A DNA stretch of 64,000 bases from positions 26,461-90,460 of the forward strand of contig JACPGH010000006.1 in the NCBI GenBank assembly GCA_016182485.1, given 5' to 3'. This document shows positions 27,515 to 37,001 of the stretch, in pieces. Source of the stretch: Candidatus Kaiserbacteria bacterium (lineage in GTDB: Bacteria > Patescibacteriota > Minisyncoccia > Phycocordibacterales > Phycocordibacteraceae). Below the pieces are notes generated by a model. That model did no database searches, was not told the DNA's origin, and saw only the letters and a program-made list of their open reading frames with translations. The position numbers and the translations under genes are program-made. The first letter of the stretch is position 1, and the number at the start of each line of letters is the position of its first letter.

Positions 27515-27664
27515 CCTCCCAATCTAATCACGATTTGGATTTGCATCAAACCGCGTTGTCAAATCTATCCTATAGGATATTTTTGACCAACGCTCAGCGA
27601 ATGGTCAGTTAGACAAAACGAAAGAGCCGTCCGCGAAGCAACGGCTATTCCGCTAACAAATTCA

Positions 27665-28621
27665 TTATTTCAAATACTTCCGCTGGTTGGCGAGATGGGT
27701 GGCGTAGGTAACAGCGTAATACATGTTGCCGTCTTTCCCGGTCAGGTAATACAAATAATCGCTTGAGGTCTGATGCAGGACTGCTTCAAGAGAGTCGAAA
27801 CCCGGATTAGCGATGGGCCCCGGCGGCAGGCCGGGATGCAGATACGTGTTGTAGGGCGATTCGATCTTCAGGTCGGCGAACGAGGGCGAATAGGTGTCGC
27901 GATTCTGGATGTAGCCGAATACGGCATCCACCTGGAGCGGCATGCCGAGTTCCAATCTTTTCCACAATATCCCCGCGATGATACGCCTGTCCTCAGGCGT
28001 ACGGGCCTCTTTTTCTACCAGAGAGGCCATAGTGACGATATCAGAGAGCGAATGACTAGAGCCTGCAATGCTCGCGGCGAGCGGTGCGATTTTTTTATCG
28101 AAATTCTCTCGCATCGTTTTCACTATCGCCGGCCCCGTCGATGTAAGCTCAAATAGATAGGTATCGGGGAACAGATAACCTTCGTATTGCCGCGCGACCG
28201 AGGAGAATTCCTGCGCAGAAATATCCGGGAGCGCGCTCTCGATTTGCTCAGCCATCTCTCGCGCCGTCGCTCCCTCGACGAAGGTTAATCTAACAAGCGG
28301 CAAGCCGGAATCGCCAGTGGCGAGCCGACGCGCGATAACGAACACGCTTTGCGGTTTTTCGAAATTGTACGTAGTCGCCTGGACGCTCCTCCCATTCCCT
28401 CCGGCGCGCAGAAGCCACTCGAGTACGAACGGATGCCGGACGACATGCGCTTTACCAAGTTGCTGCGCAGCCTCTTTGACCGTCGAGCCTCGGGCCACTA
28501 TTACGAGGCTCGACGAGAAATCCGCCGGCGCAGAAGCGGCATAATAAATGCCGCCAAAGAGCACGAACAACACGCCTACGGCAAGCCAACGCCACTTCAA
28601 GCGTGTGAAAAAAGAGTGCAT
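27665..28621 (-). CDS. mltG: Endolytic murein transglycosylase MltG (YceG-like)
   Basis: N-terminal TM segment and the YceG motif region YEGYLFPDTYLF. Confidence 0.85.
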   Translation of the reverse strand: MHSFFTRLKWRWLAVGVLFVLFGGIYYAASAPADFSSSLVIVARGSTVKEAAQQLGKAHVVRHPFVLEWLLRAGGNGRSVQATTYNFEKPQSVFVIARRLATGDSGLPLVRLTFVEGATAREMAEQIESALPDISAQEFSSVARQYEGYLFPDTYLFELTSTGPAIVKTMRENFDKKIAPLAASIAGSSHSLSDIVTMASLVEKEARTPEDRRIIAGILWKRLELGMPLQVDAVFGYIQNRDTYSPSFADLKIESPYNTYLHPGLPPGPIANPGFDSLEAVLHQTSSDYLYYLTGKDGNMYYAVTYATHLANQRKYLK

Positions 28622-28625
28622 ATAG

Positions 28626-30014
28626 TTAAACTGGGAGATTGGCCGGCGCCTCGCCGGTGGGCGACTGGATGCGCTCGAGACTCGGGGTTACCACGGCAGC
28701 TGACGGAATATGAAAGATAGTAGCAAGCTCTTCGGTGCTCATTACCATCGCGTTTTTGCCCGCATCGGCCGGCTCGTAGAAGAATTGCCGGCGACGGAAA
28801 GCTTCGACTACCCCCTTCCGGAATTTATCCTTCAGCTTGTCCACGCCGAGCGCTTTTTCCCAAGGGTAATCACTAAATATTGATAACCAGCCGGTCGGGC
28901 TGAAACCGTTCCATTCCTCCGATTGAAATTGCTTGAATGCGCCCGTGAGACCGGCTACGCCCATTGCCACGTCGAATTTGCCCCCGCGTGCGGTATGCAC
29001 GAGATACACGCCGCGCAGGCCGACATCGAAGGCCTGTTTGGAAATGTTGCGCTCGATGGCGGCGATCTTTTCAGACTGCCCTTTTGTCGGATTCGGAAAG
29101 CCCGGCCGCTCCGTGCCGGTAACCGGATCCACATACTTATCGCGCGTTTGCTCGCGGATCTTCTGGATCAGCACCTGCGCTTCTTCTTTCCAGGTCCAGG
29201 CCTTCCCCTCTTTGGTGAGCTTCTTGTATTTCTCGCCTTTGTGCGTGCGGATTATTATCTGGAGCCACAATTGCTCGTCTTTGCGGAATGAACCTAGATA
29301 CTCGATAAGATTCGCGAGCGGGTCTACTTGCTCGGGTTCTTTCTGCACTTTATCGAGCCCGTATTCGACGTAAGTCTTAATCGGCAGAGGATCCTCCTTT
29401 GAATGCTTGAAATCGCAGCCCCATACTCCCCAATCTTTGGGATCGGCGGAAACAGTGCGTGTGTAGTCTACCGCCTCCACCACCTGTACGCCGGGATACT
29501 GCGCATAGATCTGCGCCTCGATAAGGCGCCGCCAGGCGGCGCGCGTCCAAATGAAAAAATGGACATCGCCTCCGATGGAAGCGATCTCGAAGGAGAACCA
29601 CGGACGCGTCTGTCCCTTAATGTACTTCACATACCAGGTGCCCTCGCCGCCGCCCTGATGCAAACCGGCGAACACGGTCTCCATGGCAAGCGGAGTCTTT
29701 ATGAGGTTTCTCGGCGGAATGAGCTCGAGGAGAATGTGCTTCTGCGACGCTATGAATTCAGATTGCTTAAGAATGACCCAGAGGAGCCAGGCGCCGGAGA
29801 GAAGCAAGAATGGCAGCCACACCGGCGCTAGAAATAGAGCCAGTTCGAGCGCGAGCGCGACGGCGCCAGGCATGAAGAGGAAGGACAGGAACAGGAGCGT
29901 CAGCCCGAGGATGAAAATCGGCCACTCATTGATGCGGAAGCCGGACTGTTTGGTGAGATTCTCCACCCAGTTACCTAGCCCCTTAAGAAACGGAAGCATG
30001 CCGATAGTATACAA
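28626..30014 (-). CDS. Hypothetical membrane protein (three N-terminal TM helices plus a large soluble domain)
   Basis: 462 aa. No recognisable catalytic motifs. Confidence 0.5.
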   Translation of the reverse strand: MYTIGMLPFLKGLGNWVENLTKQSGFRINEWPIFILGLTLLFLSFLFMPGAVALALELALFLAPVWLPFLLLSGAWLLWVILKQSEFIASQKHILLELIPPRNLIKTPLAMETVFAGLHQGGGEGTWYVKYIKGQTRPWFSFEIASIGGDVHFFIWTRAAWRRLIEAQIYAQYPGVQVVEAVDYTRTVSADPKDWGVWGCDFKHSKEDPLPIKTYVEYGLDKVQKEPEQVDPLANLIEYLGSFRKDEQLWLQIIIRTHKGEKYKKLTKEGKAWTWKEEAQVLIQKIREQTRDKYVDPVTGTERPGFPNPTKGQSEKIAAIERNISKQAFDVGLRGVYLVHTARGGKFDVAMGVAGLTGAFKQFQSEEWNGFSPTGWLSIFSDYPWEKALGVDKLKDKFRKGVVEAFRRRQFFYEPADAGKNAMVMSTEELATIFHIPSAAVVTPSLERIQSPTGEAPANLPV

Positions 30015-30015
30015 C

Positions 30016-30079
30016 CTTAGGCACTAAGGCAGGTGTTAGTGATTAGGTTTTAGGGATTAGCTAACACCTAACACCTTGA
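30016..30079. repeat. TAGGC-type repeat plus 8-bp inverted repeat (GGTGTTAG...CTAACACC)
   Basis: cTTAGGCACTAAGGCaggtgttagtgattaggttttagggattagctaacacctaacacc. Confidence 0.5.
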
Positions 30080-30084
30080 ACCTG

Positions 30085-31188
30085 CTACGCAACCGTATAA
30101 CGGCCGTCCTTAAGCCGCTTGAAATACCGCGAGTCGTTGATGTTCACGAGGATCGTGTTGTCTTTTACGAAACGCGCGCTCTTGACCTGCTGGATTATCT
30201 CGTCTTTTTTCAAGGGTCCTTTCTCCGTCAGGATCTCTCGAATGACGTCGTGCACTACGCCCGGCCTATATCCCCATTCGGTAAGCGCATAGAGCCCGCG
30301 GCCGACGAGCACGAAGCGAGGGTCCTTGATCAGCTCGTTGTGAGTAGTCGCAAGGTGCGCCTTCTTGGAAAACAGCGTGTTGATCGCCTTCGCGACTTCG
30401 GAAAAATGCATCGGCTTGCCGTGCCTCTTGATCGCGAGATAGGCATAATCGCGCACCCCTTTGATGCGGATGGCCGAGGCCGAGGCGCGCCCCCATTGCG
30501 TGAGCGGGTTTTTGCCGATGTTTTTGGAGAGAGACAGCCAGCGCTTCATTATCTCCTCGTTCTTGTAGGCCTCGTTCACTTCCTTCAATTCCTCGAGAAA
30601 ACGGTCGAGCAACGCGCCTTCGGAAAGGACGTCCTCATCGGAGAGCGACCCGTAGAGGCGAGAGAGCGCCCCATGCACATGCTTGGCGGTCGCCGCATCC
30701 ACATGCCAACGCGCGAGAAATTCATCTGTCTCGCGCTCGCGCATGAATGCCGAATCGAGCATAAGCAGGAAGCGCATGCGGTTTCTCGTTTTTTCATCTT
30801 TGCCGAGAAGGGAGAAAAGGGTTTCTTCCGGAACGAGCACGCCGATGGATCGGATATATTGCGCAAGCTCCTCGAAAGCGGCGCCCGACTCCTTGAAAAT
30901 TTTGCTCGCGCGGATGGCGTCGAGACCGGCCGCTTCGATCTGGCGGACGCGCTCGCGAGTAATCCCCGAGCGATCGCCGATGGCTTCCAAAGTCTCTCTC
31001 TCCGGGTCGGTTCCGAGCCCGAAGCGGCGGATCAAGACTTCCCGAGCGCGCTCGGGCGCTGCAGCCAAGAATTGCTTCGCGAGCTTCGTGCTATCGAAAG
31101 TGAATTGCGCAGGAGCGAGCGAAAGGGACGGCCGCTTAGTCACAGTTTTGGTTGCCATATGTGGTCTAATATATACCAAATCAGCCAA
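30085..31188 (-). CDS. Sigma-70 region-4 HTH fused to C-terminal HARE-HTH domain (putative transcription factor)
   Basis: The N-terminal TLEAIGDRSGITRERVRQIEAAGLDAIR is a sigma70_r4 pattern. The C-terminal HGKPMHFSEVAKAIN...DPRFVLVGRGLYALTEWGY is the HARE-HTH pattern found in the RNAP delta subunit. Confidence 0.55.
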   Translation of the reverse strand: MADLVYIRPHMATKTVTKRPSLSLAPAQFTFDSTKLAKQFLAAAPERAREVLIRRFGLGTDPERETLEAIGDRSGITRERVRQIEAAGLDAIRASKIFKESGAAFEELAQYIRSIGVLVPEETLFSLLGKDEKTRNRMRFLLMLDSAFMRERETDEFLARWHVDAATAKHVHGALSRLYGSLSDEDVLSEGALLDRFLEELKEVNEAYKNEEIMKRWLSLSKNIGKNPLTQWGRASASAIRIKGVRDYAYLAIKRHGKPMHFSEVAKAINTLFSKKAHLATTHNELIKDPRFVLVGRGLYALTEWGYRPGVVHDVIREILTEKGPLKKDEIIQQVKSARFVKDNTILVNINDSRYFKRLKDGRYTVA

Positions 31189-31200
31189 AAAGAGTCAAAT

Positions 31201-33684
31201 TTACCGGACTATGTTCAAAATCTTGCCGGGGACATACACGACTCGCGAAGGTTCCTTACCGCCCAAAGCGGCAGTAACTGTAGGCAGCTTCATAGCTTCG
31301 TTTAGCGCCTCGGCTTCGCTCGCTTCGGCTGAAAGGCGCACGCTGCCGCGCTTACGGCCGCTGACTTGCACGACTATCTCCCGTTCATTAGACAGCAACA
31401 GCGCCTCGTCATAAGTCGGCCATGCGGCGGCGTGGATGGAACCCTCTTTCCCGGCCTCTTCCCAGAGCGCCTCGGCGATATGCGGAGCGAACGGCGCCAG
31501 AATACGAATATAGGCGAGCCATTGCTCCTTCCCTATCGACCCTTCTTTTTCAGCCGCGTTCAGGAAAATCATCATTTGGCTCACGGCGGTGTTGAATTTA
31601 AAAACTTCTATATCCTTCTCCACCTTGCGAATGGTCTCATTGAGGAGCGGCCCGAGTGCCACATTCGGCTTATCACTCACCCGCTCTTGAAAGTTCCAAA
31701 CGCGCTGGATGAATCGCGCAGTGCCAGAGATAGATGCCGTACTCCATGCGGTCGTATTTTCGAACGGCCCCATGAACATTTCGTAAACGCGAAATGCGTC
31801 CGCGCCATACTCGGCGATCACATCGTCCGGATTGATGATGTTTCCGAGTCGTTTGCTCATCTTCCGCCCGTCTTCTGCCAGAATGAATCCGAGAAATTCG
31901 AGTCGCTTGAAGGGCTCGGGAGTACTCACAATACTTATGTCGTACAAGAATTTATGCCAAAATCGCGCATAAATAAGGTGCCGCACCGCATGGTCGCCGC
32001 CGACATACACGTCCACCGGGGCCCAATATTTTTCTTTCTTTCCGGATACTAATTCTTCGCCGTTATGCGGATCCATAAAGCGCAGGTAATACCATGACGA
32101 ACCGGCCCACTGCGGCATCGTGTTCGTCTCGCGCTTGCCCGGGCCGCCGCACTTCGGGCAGGTTGTGTTGACCCAGGATTCGATAGCGGCCAGAGGCGAT
32201 TCTCCGGTGCCCGTCGGCTCATAGTGATCTACTTCGGGTAGCGTTACGGGCAGATCTTCGTATGGCACGGCCACGGCGCCGCACTTCTCGCAATGGATTA
32301 TTGGTATCGGCTCGCCCCAGTACCGTTGCCGCGAGAACACCCAATCTCTCAGCTTGTATCGCGTAACTCTCTTGCCGCCAACTGCGGCGACGATATCCCA
32401 TTTCGACTCCTCGCTGTGCTTGCCGCTAAATTCCCCCGAATTGATTAGTATGCCTGGATGCGTGTACCAATCATTCCACTCCTCAGCCCACCTTTCCGGA
32501 CCCCATATTTCTTGGAGTTCGCCGTTTGCTATTTCTCCAGCGGATACGCTGCCTGCGGAAAAAACAACTGGGCTAATTTTTATATTAAACTGATTTGCGA
32601 ATTCGAAATCGCGCTCGTCGTGCGCCGGCACGCCCATAATTGCGCCAGTGCCGTAGTTGCCGAGCACATAGTCAGCGACATAGACAGGGATTTCCTCTTT
32701 CGTTGCAGGATTTATCGCCGCGATGCCTTCGAGCTTTATGCCTGTCTTCTGCTTTCCTTCTGCCGCGCGCTCTATCTCAGTTTTGGAAACCGCCGTTTGA
32801 ATATATTTATATACCTTCTTCACATTCCTGAGGGACTTACGAAGTCCCTCATTTTGGAATAGGGGATGTTCCGGGGCGAGCACCAGGTACGTCGCGCCAA
32901 AGAGAGTATCCGGGCGCGTTGTGAAGACCTCAATGTTTAGGACATCCGATGTCCTTTCAGAAGTTAGGACATCGGATGTCCTAACTTCGAATCGGATCTC
33001 GGCTCCTTCTGAGCGCCCGATCCAATTACGCTGAGCTTCTTTAATATGCTCCGGCCAATCAAGCGTATCGAGATCCGCAAGCATGCGGTCGGCGTATTCC
33101 GTGATTTTAAGTACCCACTGCGGCAGGCGCTTTTTTTCCACCACCGTACCGCAGCGTTCGCAAACATTCCCTTCGAGATCTTCGTTCGCGAGGCCGGTCA
33201 TGCAGGACGGGCACCAGTTTATAGGCTCGTCCGACTGAAAGGCGAGGCCGTGTTCGAACATCTTTAGAAATATCCACTGCGTCCAGTGGAAATACTCGGG
33301 GTCCGTCGTATTTATCTCGCGAGTCCAGTCATAATCGAGGCCGATGTGCGCCAATTGCTGCTTAAAGTGCGCGATATTTTTCTCGACAGCCGCGCGGGGG
33401 TGCACCTTGTTTTTGAGCGCGAAATTTTCCGCGGGCAACCCGAATGCGTCCCATCCCATCGGATGCAGGACCGAGAACCCTTTCATCCGCGAGAAGCGGG
33501 AATAGATATCCGTTGCAATATAGCCCTTAGGGTGCCCGACATGCAGGCCCTCGCCGGAGGGATACGGGAACATATCCAGAATGTATTTCTTTTCTCTTCC
33601 CGTATCGTCTTCAGTTCGGTACAGATCGAGTGCCGCCCATATCTCTTGCGCCTTTTTTTCTATTTTTTTATGGTCGTACGCCAT
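31201..33684 (-). CDS. leuS: Leucyl-tRNA synthetase
   Basis: HVGH, KMSKR, and the editing domain are present. The likely start is MAYDHKKIEKKAQEIW (ATG at 33682-33684). The ORF extended to 33771 would overlap the upstream gene. Confidence 0.95.
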   Translation of the reverse strand: MAYDHKKIEKKAQEIWAALDLYRTEDDTGREKKYILDMFPYPSGEGLHVGHPKGYIATDIYSRFSRMKGFSVLHPMGWDAFGLPAENFALKNKVHPRAAVEKNIAHFKQQLAHIGLDYDWTREINTTDPEYFHWTQWIFLKMFEHGLAFQSDEPINWCPSCMTGLANEDLEGNVCERCGTVVEKKRLPQWVLKITEYADRMLADLDTLDWPEHIKEAQRNWIGRSEGAEIRFEVRTSDVLTSERTSDVLNIEVFTTRPDTLFGATYLVLAPEHPLFQNEGLRKSLRNVKKVYKYIQTAVSKTEIERAAEGKQKTGIKLEGIAAINPATKEEIPVYVADYVLGNYGTGAIMGVPAHDERDFEFANQFNIKISPVVFSAGSVSAGEIANGELQEIWGPERWAEEWNDWYTHPGILINSGEFSGKHSEESKWDIVAAVGGKRVTRYKLRDWVFSRQRYWGEPIPIIHCEKCGAVAVPYEDLPVTLPEVDHYEPTGTGESPLAAIESWVNTTCPKCGGPGKRETNTMPQWAGSSWYYLRFMDPHNGEELVSGKKEKYWAPVDVYVGGDHAVRHLIYARFWHKFLYDISIVSTPEPFKRLEFLGFILAEDGRKMSKRLGNIINPDDVIAEYGADAFRVYEMFMGPFENTTAWSTASISGTARFIQRVWNFQERVSDKPNVALGPLLNETIRKVEKDIEVFKFNTAVSQMMIFLNAAEKEGSIGKEQWLAYIRILAPFAPHIAEALWEEAGKEGSIHAAAWPTYDEALLLSNEREIVVQVSGRKRGSVRLSAEASEAEALNEAMKLPTVTAALGGKEPSRVVYVPGKILNIVR
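32936..32984. repeat. Pair of 21-bp palindromes inside leuS, in frame (encode RTSDVLTSERTSDVLN)
   Basis: tTTAGGACATCcGATGTCCTttcagaagTTAGGACATCgGATGTCCTAA. Confidence 0.7.
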
Positions 33685-33686
33685 CT

Positions 33687-34661
33687 TTATAGTCCATTTT
33701 TGCTTAGCGGCGGGTAAAAGCTTGGATCGATAATGCGATCGAAGCATATGTTCCCCTCTCCGTGCTGCCAATTGTCCGAGGGCCCTTTAGGCCCTTCGGG
33801 GAACGCCGGCCGCGCGGTGGCATTCGGGCTTACACGGCTCGGCGCGTTGAAGTCGGCGCAAAGCCTGAATGAGCGAGTTCCGGTGACTTGATATCCATAC
33901 GGCTGGCCTGACTGCGCGTCTGTCGGAAGCGGCACTCCGCCAAGCGATACAGAGTCGCTCAGCTCGTCGAGCGAGGAAGGAAGAGCCTGCTTCGCCTGCC
34001 AGAAATAAATAATCTGGGATTGTATATTCTGCAGGTCATTCACCTTCTGCGCGTCGAAGCGCGCTAGGCGCGCCTGTTGCGGCGTACCGACAATAAAGAA
34101 CCCAGCAATGACTACAATAAATGCGAGAACTCCCACTCCGGAATTGACCATGCGCCTATATCGCGGGAATCGGCTCCAATACCCGCGCAATTCAGAGATG
34201 AAATGCATAAACACGCCGGCCGCGATGAGAAGAACCGCCAGGACCTTTAGCAGGAAGGCGAGCGTCAGCTCTTCCCCGTTCAGGAACGTTGTCAAAAGCG
34301 TGATAAGATCGGCAGCTATCGCGGCGCCCGCCACGAAAAGAGTGAGTATGAGTCCCCAGCGGCGCACCCAGATGTCCTCGCGGGTCGGATCGCGACGTTC
34401 CTCGCGATGAATGAGCCGGAACAAGACGAGCGAGAGCGGCAGAAGCACTATGAGGGAGGCCATCCTGAAGCTGATGCCGCTCTGATACGGGTCGGCCGGG
34501 AAAAAGGCGAGAGGGTTCGGGAAAGCGTAATTGATATAATCGAAAATGAGCAATATGCCCGCGACTACGCTCCAATAGAACGTGACAATGGCGCCCAGCC
34601 AGAAAAAGAAATCTTTTGGGGTCGTTTTGGGTTTTTCCATAGGACTAGAATTATACCACAT
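33687..34661 (-). CDS. Hypothetical polytopic membrane protein
   Basis: 324 aa. The N-terminal half has multiple TM helices. The C-terminal domain is soluble. Confidence 0.5.
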   Translation of the reverse strand: MWYNSSPMEKPKTTPKDFFFWLGAIVTFYWSVVAGILLIFDYINYAFPNPLAFFPADPYQSGISFRMASLIVLLPLSLVLFRLIHREERRDPTREDIWVRRWGLILTLFVAGAAIAADLITLLTTFLNGEELTLAFLLKVLAVLLIAAGVFMHFISELRGYWSRFPRYRRMVNSGVGVLAFIVVIAGFFIVGTPQQARLARFDAQKVNDLQNIQSQIIYFWQAKQALPSSLDELSDSVSLGGVPLPTDAQSGQPYGYQVTGTRSFRLCADFNAPSRVSPNATARPAFPEGPKGPSDNWQHGEGNICFDRIIDPSFYPPLSKNGL

Positions 34662-34705
34662 AAAGAGTGGACCCCGGCATCCGAAGATGCCGGGGTCCTG
34701 GCGAA

Positions 34706-35749
34706 CTACTGCGATTCGCTCGTAGGCGTGGAGACCTTCACCATCGGCGAGCGGGAAATGAGACGCTTGGTCCGCTTGCCCGCGTTGATGTGGTCGACGA
34801 GCATGGCGCGGAGCATATCGCGCGCCTTACCGCCCGACGAAGACAGCTGGGCGACTGTCGGGTCGGTGACCGGGAACAGCCTGATCTTCGCGGTAAGGTC
34901 GGCGTCCACGAAGAGCCGGTCGCCTCGCCAGAAGTTCTCGTGCAGGGCGAGAATATCGGCCAACGCCCAGAGAAACGTCCCGCGCAACCAGACGGCACCC
35001 TCGCGGAAGACCACCTTCTTGATCCCCCAACACTCGTCAACGAGATCGAAGAAGATGACGACGTTGGCGCGGAGGGTATTGCGCCCCACCTTCTCCATCG
35101 TGGTCTGCATGCTGCGAGCCAGCTCGTGCAGCTTGTGCGACCTGCCGGGCCCGAAATACGAATGCAGAACGCCCACCGTCTTGATGAACATGAGCGCGGA
35201 GATTAGGTGGTTGCGGTTCTGCCGCTGGTCCCAGCAGATGCGCCGCCCCATCGTGAACGTCGGCTCCATCGAGAGGTTGTACAGAGTCTCAATGACGGAA
35301 ATCTTCTCGCGAAGATTCCGCAGGAGCACGTTCGGCGAGAGAGGAATGCGATCCACGTTCAGGATCTTGAACCGCTCGCGCTCCCACTCCTCAGTCGTAC
35401 CAAAGTGCACCGTCGCACCCAGACGCGGAACCCCGCCTGCCTGTATGAACTGCAGCCCCGCGGTGACACGCTGGAGCCCGTCGACGATGTACACATCGTC
35501 CTTGAGGATGAACGTGCCCTCGCGTTCAGCTACGGTATGGCCCCGCATGCCGAGGTCGATGTCCGGCACTGAGCCGGACTTGAAGGCCTCGATCAGCTTT
35601 GAGATTTGCACCAACGGGAGGACTTCCCGCTGATACGGTGCAGACTTCAAGTTCTTCAGGGTTTCGGGGTCAAGAGACCCCCGGAGGATGATGTTTCCCT
35701 CCTCTACCTCGTCCAACGCGCCGTACAGCACCCTTACGTGCTCGTTCAT
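34706..35749 (-). CDS. DUF262-domain protein (GmrS/ParB-like nuclease-NTPase superfamily), no DUF1524 partner
   Basis: SAPYQREV resembles the DUF262 (I/F)QRxxVW motif. VYIVDGLQRVTAGLQF resembles the DGQQRLTTL motif. Start at the ATG at 35747-35749, preceded by GAGGAG. Confidence 0.55.
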   Translation of the reverse strand: MNEHVRVLYGALDEVEEGNIILRGSLDPETLKNLKSAPYQREVLPLVQISKLIEAFKSGSVPDIDLGMRGHTVAEREGTFILKDDVYIVDGLQRVTAGLQFIQAGGVPRLGATVHFGTTEEWERERFKILNVDRIPLSPNVLLRNLREKISVIETLYNLSMEPTFTMGRRICWDQRQNRNHLISALMFIKTVGVLHSYFGPGRSHKLHELARSMQTTMEKVGRNTLRANVVIFFDLVDECWGIKKVVFREGAVWLRGTFLWALADILALHENFWRGDRLFVDADLTAKIRLFPVTDPTVAQLSSSGGKARDMLRAMLVDHINAGKRTKRLISRSPMVKVSTPTSESQ

Positions 35750-35915
35750 GCCGTTTCTCCTCGGGTTCTCCCCCGCTATTGCGCATCGCGCCACGGGATA
35801 GTGAACCTTGGTTAACAACGTACTTCTATATGTACGATACAGGTTTATTTTAAATAGTCAAATTCTGATAGGCGCTCAATTTTGCTTCCTAATAAGAACG
35901 CTGTCTCTGGCTTCT

Positions 35916-37001
35916 TCAGCCGTGGAGGAAGACAATGACGTCGCCGTCTTTGACGATGTAGTCCTTCCCTTCCGTGCGAAGTTTCGCCGATTCGCGGGCG
36001 ACGCTCCAGCTGCCGGTCGAAAGTAAATCTTCAGTCGAAACTACCTCCGCGCGGATGAACTTGTCCAAGAAGTCCGTATGGATCGCGGCGCCCGCAACGG
36101 GCGCCGCGGAACCGGCCGGAATAGTCCAAGCCCGTGTTTCATCCGGCCCCGTAGTGAAAAAGGAGATAAGCCCGAGCGTCTCGTATGCGCCGCGAATAAG
36201 GGCCGCCAGGCCGTCCTCGGAGACGCCTAATTCTTCGCGAAAATGAGTTCGCTCCTCGTCAGCGACATCGTTCAGTTCCCGCTCGGTGGCCGCGTCGACA
36301 AAGACGTAGCGCGAGCCAAGCTTCGTGATCAGGCCGTAGGCGCGTTCCGCCCGTTCGTCAGAAAGAGGCGCGCCGCCCTTCGTGTTCAGGGCATAGAGGA
36401 TCGGCTTCATCGTAAGCAGGTTCAGATGCGCGACCCGCTTCTTTTCCTCGCCATCGAGCCCCGCATGAAGCGCAAGCTTCCCTTCCGCAAATCCGTGTTC
36501 CAGTTTCTCCAAGACGGCGTCCTCAAGTACCGCGCCTTTATCCTGCGCTTTGATATCCCGCACGAGCTTGTCTCGGCGCTTGCGCACCTGCTCGGCATCC
36601 GCGAGCGCAAGCTCCAGGTTTATTATTTCGATATCCTTGTATGGCTCGATGGTTTTTTCGACATGCAGTACGTTCGAGTCGTCGAAAAAGCGGACGACCT
36701 GCAAAATGGCATCCGTCTCGCGAATATTCGCCAAAAACTGGTTGCCGAGCCCTTCGCCGGTCGAAGCGCCTTTCACGAGGCCTGCGATGTCCACGAACTC
36801 TACCGCCGCCGGAATAACTTTTTCGCTTTTCGAAAGAGCGGCGAGCGCTGAAAGCCGCGTATCTGGAACACCCACCACGCCAACCGACGGATCTATCGTG
36901 CAAAACGGATAATTCTCCGCTGGCACGCTTGCTTTCGTGAGCGCATTAAAAAGCGTGGACTTCCCCACATTCGGCAATCCTACGATTCCTATCTTTAGCA
37001 T
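35916..37001 (-). CDS. ychF: Ribosome-binding ATPase YchF (Obg-like ATPase)
   Basis: GIVGLPNVGKSTLFNALT, NYPFCTIDP, and a C-terminal TGS domain. Confidence 0.9.
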   Translation of the reverse strand: MLKIGIVGLPNVGKSTLFNALTKASVPAENYPFCTIDPSVGVVGVPDTRLSALAALSKSEKVIPAAVEFVDIAGLVKGASTGEGLGNQFLANIRETDAILQVVRFFDDSNVLHVEKTIEPYKDIEIINLELALADAEQVRKRRDKLVRDIKAQDKGAVLEDAVLEKLEHGFAEGKLALHAGLDGEEKKRVAHLNLLTMKPILYALNTKGGAPLSDERAERAYGLITKLGSRYVFVDAATERELNDVADEERTHFREELGVSEDGLAALIRGAYETLGLISFFTTGPDETRAWTIPAGSAAPVAGAAIHTDFLDKFIRAEVVSTEDLLSTGSWSVARESAKLRTEGKDYIVKDGDVIVFLHG

